A stretch of 63,852 bases of DNA, filler included, from Aduncisulcus paluster (lineage: Eukaryota): assembly GCA_024181965.1 (NCBI GenBank). It is 7 parts of 7 records of this genome, joined end to end, with 100 filler letters (N's around TTAATTAATTAA, not from the genome) between each part and the next. Parts side by side here need not be neighbours in the genome. Positions count along the whole stretch, not along the records: positions 28,362 to 37,946 come from BQXS01009694.1; positions 38,047 to 54,846 come from BQXS01009695.1; 5 more parts are not named here. One strand, 5' to 3'. This document shows, piece by piece, positions 34,419-45,400 of this stretch; within the stretch, counting starts at the first letter, position 1, and every line of letters begins with the position of its first letter. A model generated the notes under the pieces. The model worked only from the letters and a program-made list of their open reading frames with translations. It was not told where the DNA came from and did no database searches. The position numbers and the translations under genes are program-made.

Positions 34419-35171
34419 CTATTTCTTTACCATCTTCGAAGCGATATATTTCCTAACGACTGATTGGACAGTCATGTTTGTGGCAACAGCAACTCCGGTT
34501 TTCCCCATGGAATAAGCGAAATCCTTGACACCAAGATCAGCTCCCAATATCATGTTAAAAGCAGCTCTTCCAAAACCAGCAGCAGCACCGGCCATGAATC
34601 CATGACAGAATGTGTGGTATGGCTTGAATTCTGACGGCTTAACGTCGAATAAGGAGGAGACTATCTTCACAGAATGAATGGCCATCATGTTACGGCAAGC
34701 ACCAGCAATACCGGCAGCAGTTGAACCAACAACGGCACCACCAAGGGTAGTTTTAGCTCCAAGAAGGGCGTTGATGGGAGTACAGAGCATGGCTCCGAAG
34801 GCATCAGTCATGAAACCTTGCACAGCGTTCTTGACATGGGGCATGCCACCAATGGAACTTTTGCCAAGGAATGGAGCCAAAACACGAGCAAGAGATCCAA
34901 CACTTAAGGCAAAACTGGCACTACCAATCATACCTTTAAGATTAGGGTTGACGATGGGAGCTTTCCCTAATAAAGCATCGAAAGTGTTTCCTCCGTGGAA
35001 TGAAATGGATCCACCAATTAAAGGAACGTAAATATCGGCTAGAGATGCATTAGATGAATTTGGATAACGACAAAGAGCATAAAATCGAAAATAATTAGAT
35101 AGTCGAGGCCATTTCAAATGGTTTGAAATTTCATTAAACATTGACTATTTTAGCATACCTGATTTGAACAT
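34419..35171 (-). CDS. 210-aa Gly/Ala-rich membrane protein with three internal repeats; exons 35159-35171 and 34419-35038
   Basis: ATG TTC AAA TCA G, intron GTATGC...CTAATGCATCTCTAG, then CC gives MFKSADIYVPLIGG. Repeats end in FDALLG, INALLG and FNMILG. Confidence 0.75.
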
Positions 35172-35861
35172 TATTAAGTATAAATGAACAAAAAGAGGGC
35201 TGTTTTTTTAGGAGAAAAACCGGAAGAGGTTTGACACTTTGAAACTTTCGGAATTTGAACAACATTATTCTTATATCTTTTCAAATAACCCAATTAAAAA
35301 ATAATGAATAAATTTTTTGTTGAGAGGGAATCAGGACAAGGCTGGAAATTTTACATCAGAAAATAGGATAATATGGTAAGATTCGTGAATTAGATTTGCA
35401 TTATTGAAGTAAATAGATGTTGGATTGTACTTTAAATATGAATTTTTATACGATTTTGATACTGAACGGAAGGCTAAAAAAAANNNNNNNNNNNNNNNNN
35501 NNNATAAATTTTTTGTTGAGAGGGAATCAGGACAAGGCTGGAAATTTTACATCAGAAAATAGGATAATATGGTAAGATTCGTGAATTAGATTTGCATTAT
35601 TGAAGTAAATAGATGTTGGATTGTACTTTAAATATGAATTTTTATACGATTTTGATACTGAACGGAAGGCTAAAAAAAAATCGACGGTCGAGGTAATACC
35701 TATCCAATCTGTATTAATTTCAAAAATGGAATTGATTTAAGGTTAATCTATGATTTCTCCATTTTTATTTTCGATATATGTTCTATGACGGTCGGTGGAC
35801 GAGTTGACGCCAGTGGTTGATATTTTTACTGGATCTATCTGTCTTGATCGGGAATACCTCT

Positions 35862-37946
35862 ATGAGAACAATAGCACCCCAAATACCCCCACATATTCAC
35901 TTTGAAAAGGGTTGTATTAAACTTACTAATACTTGTATCCCTTCAACATCTGGTGCTAACTATAAATTACCGTTCGGTGCTGTTATTGAGCCATTAGCTG
36001 CAACTGAAGAACCTATCAGTGTAATTGGGAGTCCATTGCCTGTGAGATGTAGCTCTTGTCATTCATATGTTAATGCGTTTACTCCTTTTATTGAAGGAGG
36101 AAATAAGTGGGTTTGTAACATATGTAGACATCTTAATCGCACAAAAAATGAATATTATTCACCTTTAACTGGTGGTATGAGGGCGGATATTGATACTAGG
36201 CCTGAATTGTTATCGAATATATATGAGCTCAAGGCTCCAAGTGATTACTCTTCTAGACCTCCTCAACCTCCAGTATTTTCCTTTGTTTTTGATGCTACTC
36301 CTGCTGCTGTGAAATCTGGTCTTCTAAAAACGGCTACCAAGGCAGCTTCTGCTGCTTTGAAACGAGGCTTGGAAAAATATGGTTCCCGTCTCAAAACTTG
36401 TTTTGTTGTATTTGATAGATCAATTCATTTCTTTAGATTTAGCAAATTTACTGGTGTCAAGATGTGTACTACCCCGGAGACTGATGAAGTCTATATTCCC
36501 TTCCCTTCTGGTCTTATTGTTGAATATGCTGATTTTAAAGCTAATGTTGATTTACTTTTATCTTCTCTTCCTTCAATGTTCGAGAAAAAGCAGTCTTCAA
36601 CGGCAGCTCCCATCGCTGGTGTTGGGGAGAAAGAGAATTCCTTCGGAAGTGCCATTCTTGGATGTTGCAAAACAATGATGAACATTGGTGGAAAAGTGTC
36701 ATATTTCCTCTCATCAATCCCATCAAGAGCCATAGGTGCCCTTTCCAAACACTCTACGACTAGAATCAACCAGGGAACCCTTGGCGCTAACATGATTCCT
36801 AAAACACTGGGAGTTGCGGAGGATTTATATCGGAACTTGGCTGTTGAGGCTGCTTCTCGCTTTATCTCCATTGATGGATACATTTGCTCGAGTAGTTATT
36901 GTGATGTTGCCACTTTGTCCGTCTTGAGCCGTGTTACCGGTGGTCAAGTTCGTTTATTCCCATCTTTCGTCGCTGAACGTGATGGGGAGAGGTTATTTGC
37001 TTCTGTTTTACATAGTATGGAGCGTGAACAAGCCTTTGAAGCGATGTTCCGCGTGAGGGTTTCTCGTGGTCTTGAAATTGCTAAATATTGTGGTCATGGA
37101 CACACCAGACCTCACGATTTGTTTGCTGTGAGTAGTTGTGATGAGGACTGGGGAGTTGGTCTTCAGTTGCGTGTTGCTTCTGCTATTCCTCCCACGATGT
37201 CCCTCACTGGCTCTGATGGTGCCTATGGGGGAAGAGATAGTCGCTCTTCATCGAGTTCTGATACATCATACGCCTGTGTTGGTGGTCGTGGTGCCCCAAT
37301 CCCTCAGCTCGTCTACGGATACGTGCAGTCGTCTCTCCTATACACCACCCCAGAGGGAGAGCGTCGCGTCCGTGTATGCACTGTTCCTATATGTGTGAGT
37401 GAAGGCTTGGGTGATGTGTTCGCTAGTGCTCAGATGGACAATGTTATTGCCCTCATGTCTAAACTCCATATCAACCGTCTCAGGGATGATAAGATTGTCA
37501 CAGTTCGGAAACGTATCCTTACCTCCGTTGCTGAAACCCTTGCTGCCTATCGTAAGCTCGGTGCCACATCCCTTGCTCCACGTGCGATGAGTCTTCTTCC
37601 TCTCTATGTTTTATCCCTGCTGAAATCCCCCTCTCTTCGAACAAGTGGAGGTGAAAAGCTTGATGTTCGCAGTATGTGTATGTCCGAGATTCTTCGGGGT
37701 GGAGTGGATGCTGTCAAATCTATTATGTACGCCCGTTGTTGGTGTGTGTGGAAGAGTGGAGAGTTAAGTTCAAGGCCGGCGATGGCTCCCATGCCTGTCG
37801 GCGGGGAAACACCAGCTGGCGTTGAAAGTGGAGGCTTTATCGATGTTGGTGGGTCTATTGGAACACGTGAGGCTGCGGGTGTTTCAGATGAGGGATTCCT
37901 TGGGGATGCCGAGTGTGCTGAACAAGGTGAGCTTAAGGATAAGTGG
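35862..37946 (+). CDS. SEC24: COPII coat protein Sec24 (3'-partial; start uncertain)
   Basis: Zn finger RCSSCHSYVNAF..WVCNICRHLN, RPEL, RPPQPPVFSFVFD, FEAMFRVRVSRGL, QSSLLYTTPEGERRVRV, LLPLYVLSLLKS. Confidence 0.95.
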
Positions 37947-38047
37947 NNNNNNNNNNNNNNNNNNNNNNNNNNNNNNNNNNNNNNNNNNNNTTAATTAATT
38001 AANNNNNNNNNNNNNNNNNNNNNNNNNNNNNNNNNNNNNNNNNNNNG

Positions 38048-41000
38048 AACGAAGAAGAGACAACTCATTCCTCAATCCTGAACACATCTTCCACAACTGT
38101 CAAAGATGATAACCCTTCTGCTCTTTCTGAAAATAGCTATATTGAAGATTCCGAGGACTCATATGAGCATGTCTATCATTTCACCCATTCCAAAGAATTT
38201 CCCTGGGAGAAGGAAGATGATATCGAATTTACAAATAGATCGTTCTCCGTTCCACATCCTAAAACGGATCTCCCGGAGAAAATTCGTCATTTTTCCACAT
38301 CTTCCTCTTCATCAACACCCAAAAGTTGCCCTTCAAAACATTACTCCCTTGTTGAATTGTCAGAATCCACGCTGAGTGAAAGGAGTGCAATGGATATTTC
38401 ATCTATTACAATGACATCTAAAGTTGGGTATTCTCCTCTCAGGAATTCCACTATTATTGGACCCTCACTCCATTCCTCAATATCATCGACTTCCATGATA
38501 CTTGTAGATGATCTCTCATCCGATTCTAGTTCTTCATCATCTTTTATCTTACCAGAAATCCCTATAATCGAAACTGTTGATTCTAGTCCACTTGAAAATC
38601 AAACAATTGATCAACAAAATATTTTGTTTGGAATTGAAAATGTTTGTGGCTCCCTCTCAAGTTCAAATTCAAGCGTGGCAATAGGAAATCCATTTTCCCC
38701 AACTAATGCAGCTTCCCATGTTTATCAAGAATATAAACCAGATACTATCCAATCTCCCGTTCGTAGATCCTCATCACAATCGATAACTTCACAAATTAAT
38801 GAGGTTACTTGTCCAATTTCTTGTTCAAATATGTCTGTGACTAAAAATAGAAAGAGTGAACCAAATCAATTTATTAAAAATGCCTGTGAGACTGGGATCG
38901 ATGTTATCCAAATATATCCCGGATTTTCACAATTTTCCTCACCTAGATCCCTTGATAATGGTGAAATTTCAACTTCGAAAGATTTGATATTTTTCATGAA
39001 CTATCTTTCTTCTTTTGTAAAATATTGTTTTATCATTGCGGTTTTGATTTGTACTATTATTTTGTTGGTTTCTGTTGGAAGTTTTGACCTTCCAAATACC
39101 AGAAATCAAACAGCCTTAGTTAATGATCTTAAGAGTATTTCATTATATTATCAATCAATCGCCGCCCTTTCCCAGTTTAGTCACTCTTTTGTTACCCATT
39201 TCATTGATATGGACCATAGATTCATTCAAACATTGAATTTATTTCATTCCTCCACAGTATTCAGCGAAGATTCGACAACTTTTCCTCCAAAATATTATCC
39301 TAGTGATTTGGTTTCCTTTAATGAAGTTAAACAACATGCTGCTTGTGCATTTTCAAAGCTTGAAGCATTTGAATCTGCCCAATACTCCTTATTTTCAGAA
39401 AGCTTTGGGAAAGGAGATTTTAACCTTGTCAAAACACCTCCAAATAGTTCATTATCCTTGAATTTGATGGAAATATTATCTGATCTTATTCCTCTTGATA
39501 AGCAATTGTTTAATGAAATTGCGTCAATTCATATCTTAAGCGATCATATCGATCTTGATGAAGTTATCAAAACCCAAGAGAGTAGAATGGAACAGGTGAT
39601 GGCAATTCTCTCACAATATGATAAACTTTTCAATAATGTTATGAATTTCACTTTTCCTTGTAAATCCAAAGATGAAATAATCAAAAGTCACCTATCCATT
39701 TTCCAAAGACCTGCAAATGGTAAAAATCCTGAGATAATGCCAGTGAATACCACAAAATTGAACGAAAATAATAACAATAATGCAATTGTCCGCTTTATTT
39801 TGTTTATTTTTGCGTTTGTTTTTGGCTATTTCTTCGCATCATTTTTGAAAATTGATGACAAATTATCAATCTCACCGATTAAGCAGAATTCTAAACACCA
39901 TCTCTTCTCATATATCGAAAGTATATCTCAAAATATTCCCCAATGGCAGCGAAAGATTGTTCCTGTGGTGTATTCTCCCAGGTTATCCGATCTATTTTTC
40001 CTTCTCTGGTTTATTACGATCGTATCGTTCTCCATTCTAAATAATCGGATTTCTTTCCATCCTCATTCACCGAGTCCTGAAAATCTCACGTATTTTGACG
40101 ATTTGGCAACTCTTTCAAACTACTTTCTTTCTCTTGACCTGTTGATAAATAGGAATCTCAACTGTTATTTCAAACAAAATACCCGACCCGAGGGCCATAG
40201 TTGTCCCATATCCGATGTAAAGTTATTCGATATTGTTGAATTATTGATAGATTCTGACAGAATAATTCAGAATTCAGAATGTTTGCATCCATATTTATCC
40301 AATCCAAATGTTGATCACTTTCTCTTGTTCTCTGACACTGAAAATGAAAATTTATTGTCCAATTTCGATGAGATAGCCCTTCATATGAAAAATGAACAAC
40401 TTAAAGTTGACAATTTGTTGAATGATATGATAACATTTTCTATAGAATTTATTGATGAATATTCTGAACATATTCAAGATCAGTTCTTTGAAAATTTTTT
40501 GGTTATGTTCACGATTCTTTGCTCAATTCTTTGTTTTTGTGCTGAAATATATTATTTGTGGAAACATTTCTCCATTTCTCACGGGAAAATAGCTTCAATT
40601 CGGAACCAAATATTCTCTTTCTCTATTTATCAAAGTGTATATTGTTCAACCTCATCCTTACCGAAAGAAACTTTCCAATCTATTTCATGTTGTGTCACAC
40701 CATACCATTCTATTCGAAATAATGTTATAGACTTCGTCAATTCCTCATTCAAACAAATTCCAGAGCCCACTCCATCAAAGGTGAAAATATCTCCAGACAC
40801 ACCGAGCCTCAGAGTTTCAAAACATCAAATCAACGGTGGAATTCCAAGGTTATCTCGATTCAGAAACTCAGAATGCAACGAAATGAGACTCTATTCTTAT
40901 TGTGATGACAGAAAATTATTTGAAAAGCCAATACTCTCTATTTCTTTGCCTTCTTCAAAATCAGAACAAATATTGGATCAAAATAATCAAGGATTAGGGA

Positions 41001-42097
41001 AGAAATCTGATCATTTTGTTGTCCCTCAATCAAAAATATCTTTAAAAGCATCAAAAATGAAAAAAGCAAAACACTTTCCTCATTTCCTATCATCTTCCCA
41101 AAGGCGTTTTGTTGCCGATTGTATTCTTCTCATCTGTTTCTTTTCCATTTCATTGATTTTAATATATTTTATTTCGAATTCTTCGTCAAATAACTATATG
41201 AAATCATTGGAAGTTGTCTCACAAGCTCAAAAGAATATCCGAGAATTGCACCATTTTTCTGGACTCATAAATAACACCCTTGAGGGATTTTGGAATGAAT
41301 ATTATCTTCACGAATCGTATTTCGGTTACTCACAATTAACTCATCTTTCGGATTTGATTGAAGAGAATGTCTTAAATTCGCTATCTAATCTTCCTTATTC
41401 TATTTTAGGCTGGGAATGTCCAAAAATATTCAACGATTTTGTTTGCAATTTCCTTCAAAACACTCAATTCGTTGATAATAGACAATATTTTTCAGGATTA
41501 TATGGCATTTCTAGTGAAAATATGGAATATTCACATCATATTCTCAGGAATATGGATATTCCAAACGAATCATCGAATGTTTCCCCCCAAGAGGATCATC
41601 TTTCTTCTGAAATTACCAGTTCTCCAATACAACCATTTTCGAAATCATTTTCTTCGATTCATCAAAGTTTAATTGAAAACCAAATCCATTTAGCTTTGTC
41701 CAATATAATCGAAGGAATTCCGAATGAAGAAAGAGTGGAAGTTCTGCGAGATTATGCGGAATCAATGGAAACAGTTAAAAATTGTTTTTTGTTTGGACGA
41801 GAGTCGCTTGCATTCGATGTTTTTATTAATGAATATGCTGGTAACATGATCTCTTTCACTAATATATCAATGAAAGAGGATATTTTGAAAGCAATATTGC
41901 AAACGTCAATTGTTTTGTTATTGATTTGTATTATTGGAATTTCTTTACTGTTATATTCTTCTTTTTTGATGGACTTTTTATACAAAACCTCATCTGCCTT
42001 CGATGTGATTCATAAATTGATGAATAAGCAATGGCTACAAAAACACAATTTGCTCGACGAATATATTTCATTGCTGAAAAAGAAAATTATCCATTGA
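38048..42097 (+). CDS. Large multi-pass membrane protein (5'-partial), TmcB/TmcC-like topology
   Basis: The frame is open from the scaffold start. An S-rich region is followed by three TM-helical domain-TM modules and a short amphipathic C-tail. The family call is inference. Confidence 0.65.
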   Translation, partial: NEEETTHSSILNTSSTTVKDDNPSALSENSYIEDSEDSYEHVYHFTHSKEFPWEKEDDIEFTNRSFSVPHPKTDLPEKIRHFSTSSSSSTPKSCPSKHYSLVELSESTLSERSAMDISSITMTSKVGYSPLRNSTIIGPSLHSSISSTSMILVDDLSSDSSSSSSFILPEIPIIETVDSSPLENQTIDQQNILFGIENVCGSLSSSNSSVAIGNPFSPTNAASHVYQEYKPDTIQSPVRRSSSQSITSQINEVTCPISCSNMSVTKNRKSEPNQFIKNACETGIDVIQIYPGFSQFSSPRSLDNGEISTSKDLIFFMNYLSSFVKYCFIIAVLICTIILLVSVGSFDLPNTRNQTALVNDLKSISLYYQSIAALSQFSHSFVTHFIDMDHRFIQTLNLFHSSTVFSEDSTTFPPKYYPSDLVSFNEVKQHAACAFSKLEAFESAQYSLFSESFGKGDFNLVKTPPNSSLSLNLMEILSDLIPLDKQLFNEIASIHILSDHIDLDEVIKTQESRMEQVMAILSQYDKLFNNVMNFTFPCKSKDEIIKSHLSIFQRPANGKNPEIMPVNTTKLNENNNNNAIVRFILFIFAFVFGYFFASFLKIDDKLSISPIKQNSKHHLFSYIESISQNIPQWQRKIVPVVYSPRLSDLFFLLWFITIVSFSILNNRISFHPHSPSPENLTYFDDLATLSNYFLSLDLLINRNLNCYFKQNTRPEGHSCPISDVKLFDIVELLIDSDRIIQNSECLHPYLSNPNVDHFLLFSDTENENLLSNFDEIALHMKNEQLKVDNLLNDMITFSIEFIDEYSEHIQDQFFENFLVMFTILCSILCFCAEIYYLWKHFSISHGKIASIRNQIFSFSIYQSVYCSTSSLPKETFQSISCCVTPYHSIRNNVIDFVNSSFKQIPEPTPSKVKISPDTPSLRVSKHQINGGIPRLSRFRNSECNEMRLYSYCDDRKLFEKPILSISLPSSKSEQILDQNNQGLGKKSDHFVVPQSKISLKASKMKKAKHFPHFLSSSQRRFVADCILLICFFSISLILIYFISNSSSNNYMKSLEVVSQAQKNIRELHHFSGLINNTLEGFWNEYYLHESYFGYSQLTHLSDLIEENVLNSLSNLPYSILGWECPKIFNDFVCNFLQNTQFVDNRQYFSGLYGISSENMEYSHHILRNMDIPNESSNVSPQEDHLSSEITSSPIQPFSKSFSSIHQSLIENQIHLALSNIIEGIPNEERVEVLRDYAESMETVKNCFLFGRESLAFDVFINEYAGNMISFTNISMKEDILKAILQTSIVLLLICIIGISLLLYSSFLMDFLYKTSSAFDVIHKLMNKQWLQKHNLLDEYISLLKKKIIH

Positions 42098-42486
42098 TGT
42101 GTCAGACAATCATTTCAAAGAGTATAACTACTGAAATTGTGGATAAATTCCGTGATAACAGTGGTTGATATAAATATATATATATTATGTTCTTAATCTC
42201 CATTTGGGGGAGTGATATTGTTTTTACAGGTTGTTGAGGCTTGACTTCTTCTGAATTTTTCGTTTATTTTATCTACTAAGCTAGATTGGGATACCTCCGA
42301 TCAGAGGTCATATATAACTAATTATTAAAAATAAGTGGATAATCATATTCATCATAAATTTAGGCAAGATACCTGAATGAAACAACTTTTTCTTCGAGTT
42401 GGAAAAACCTCAAATTGGAGTGAATTGTCTCATCCTGACAACAAGCATCACAATCAGAGCAAGACAACCACAATAAAATGATCTAT

Positions 42487-45400
42487 TTAAATTTTGAGCT
42501 TGAGGTAACTTAATATGCTGGAATTGCCCCTACTCTTAGCAATCACATATGGACACTCAGCAGAATCGGAGGGAGCAAAGAATGGGTTACCACCAGCTTC
42601 CACCGCCAATTTCACCCAAGATTCCTCATCATTGCTCACACTATCACTCATAATCTCATATAATACAAGCTCCAGCTGTTTGTTGGCTGTGAACTCAGCT
42701 TTTCCTCCAAGAATTCCCTTTTTCTTGCCATAATTAGGAGTAGAAATACCATACTTACCCTTAGCTCCAGGAGAACTGCCCATGACACTCTTTTTAAGCA
42801 ATATTTTCGCACATTCGGCACAATCAAGAGAGTAACAGAGATAAAGAAGCGTTGAAGTGGGACTGAATGTGCTAGTGGGAGATGCAGGTGTGTGCCCCGA
42901 TTCAAGTCCTATTTCGTACACACAGATGGCTTCCAATTGCTCCTTTGTCATATCTTCAACCTTTTCATTGAGGCTCACGAGATCAGAGAGAGAAATACAA
43001 ACTGCAACATCACTCATGAGAGATGGAGTCACTGTGGAAGTGGCAGAAGTGGCGAGAGTGGCCGAATGCTGTCTTGGTGAACTTGGAAGGGAGGAACGCA
43101 GAGAAGGAGATGCCAAGGCAGGGGAGATAGCAGTTGCTGATTGAGTGTCATCAAGATCAGAGGACGCCGGCATGTTTTTGCCAAGGACAATGTTATGTCC
43201 AGCAGTCTTCACTCTCTTACGCAATGAGATGGGCAGAATTTCCACTACACCCAATTGAATGCACACGGAAATGAGCTCATCAATGACCACTGAAGAGATA
43301 TAAGGGAATGGATTCTTTGCAGACGGATAAATTACAGTCTCACGATGGCCCTTTGAAGAGGAAGGAGTGTTCAGAATCTCCATAATAACACACACCCACT
43401 GAAGGGCAAGGGAAATACATTGAGATAGTCCTTGTTCAAAATCTTTCATGGCTCGAGCAGAAATGGAGTCAACTCTCTTATCTTCACCCTGAGTACTCTT
43501 TGAGGACTTGTTGGGGATAAGAAGATTAGATGAACGGACAACAGGTTTCTTAGTTTGAGTGTATGTCGACGACGAAGTGGATTTCCCTTTATCAGAAGGT
43601 GACAAGGCTTCATGGAGACCCTTTTTGTGTGCAATAGTGGCATCTTTTATAGCAGAAGACACTAAAAATGGAATTTGAGTAAGTAACTCTTCCATTCTTC
43701 TCTTGACAGCATTTCCAATGGTCCCTCCACTCCGAATAACTTCACTACAAAGTGCCAGAACAGTCCGTTGGGCCATTGTTAATGAAGGAGCTTGCTGATA
43801 TGATATTTCAGCACTGTGGAGAAGAAAGGCGAATGCAGATGGGATTGAGAAGAAGAGAAGGGAGAGAGGAGAGATGGTTCCACCGTTTGTCTTGCCTCGC
43901 TCAGTTAATAGAAGTTGTCCTTGCTGATCGCTCGTAAGTTCAGCAAAACGAACAGTGATCAAATCAATGACATCCTCAGGAATGTCGCCTTCTTTGCCCA
44001 CATATCTAGCCTTTTCAGTGCACAAACTCTCACATAAAACATGGCAAACATTTCCCCACTCGTCTTCACTGGTAATATCAGTGAGGAACGAAGGCGTAGA
44101 GGAATGAGGCAAACGAGTATGAGCAGAAAGAAGAGTCTTAACCCAATCCCATTCCCTGTTTCTCAATGCTTCTAAAAATAGCACAGCCCCATCACTACCT
44201 CTTTTTTTGTTTGTGTCAGCACCGAGTTGAATCAGTGTGTTGAGTGTGTGGGTATTGTTGTGGATAAAGCAGACCCAGAGAGGCGAGAGACCATCTTCAG
44301 AGAGCTGGGCAAGAAGAGAAGGGACGAGAACATGTGAGGAAGGTCTAAGAAGGTCAGAGTCATCAACTCCATGTGTCTTTCCAGTCATCTGGGACCTGTT
44401 ATATTCAAGCTGATACTCCCAAAGTTGTTTATAATGTTGTTGAATGAACTGCATGTAAACAAGAAGACACTCACCATCTCCCCTCTCACATATTGTGTGA
44501 AGCACAGAGGAGCCATTGAAGAGGAAAAAGGGAGAAAAGGGAGAGATCAATGTCTTCTTCTCTTCTAATTCACTTTCTCCCAATGCTGGAGATAGTGTTT
44601 TGACCCTCTGAAGGTGAAGGAGAGATGCGTTGAGAAGACAGACAAGCCAGGAGTCAAGAGAGAGTGAAGCTGCGGAGTGAGGAAGGGAGAACGGATTTGA
44701 TTTGAGTAAAGAGAGTAACAAAGCATTTGAGAACTTGGGCTTCTTCTTTTTCTTCAAGGCATCAGATCCAATCGTTGAAATACCTCCAAAGGCCACAGAA
44801 TCCACATCACCTTCGTATGGGATAGCTCCATGAGTCTCTGTTTTTTTCTCAAGGGCTAACCTAGATTTCAGCTTCTTGATGATTCCATGTGATGATACAG
44901 ACGCTCCAGCCTCGATGAGGGCAGCACCAACAGTGACACCCCTCTCTCTTCGTAGGAAGCACAATTGCAGAGGGGAGAGGGGAGGTGTGGTATGTGATAG
45001 AATATCAATATCCACTCCATCGGTTGCACATCTCTCGAGGAGTTCACCCACAATGACTCTACTTCCGCTGAGCACAAGGGACGTAGTTGCAGAAAGCTGC
45101 GTGGTCGTCGTTGTGGTCGTCGTCGTTGTCCCACGAGTCGCAGTAGATGTTGCAGATCCATGTGACCGATTTGAGGTTGTTGACAGAGAAACGGACCGTG
45201 GAGACTGTCCTGTCCTTGTGGTTGACATCCCACTGGCAATGGTATCGTGATCGTCATCCAAATCTTCATCATATTCTTCCTCCAGGCTGCCATCTCCGTT
45301 CATATCCTCAGAATCAGTGCAGTCAAACTTCATAGCACAATGATGCAACGGCGTATAACCATCCTTATCCCTGATATCCACACGAATTCCCTTAACACAG

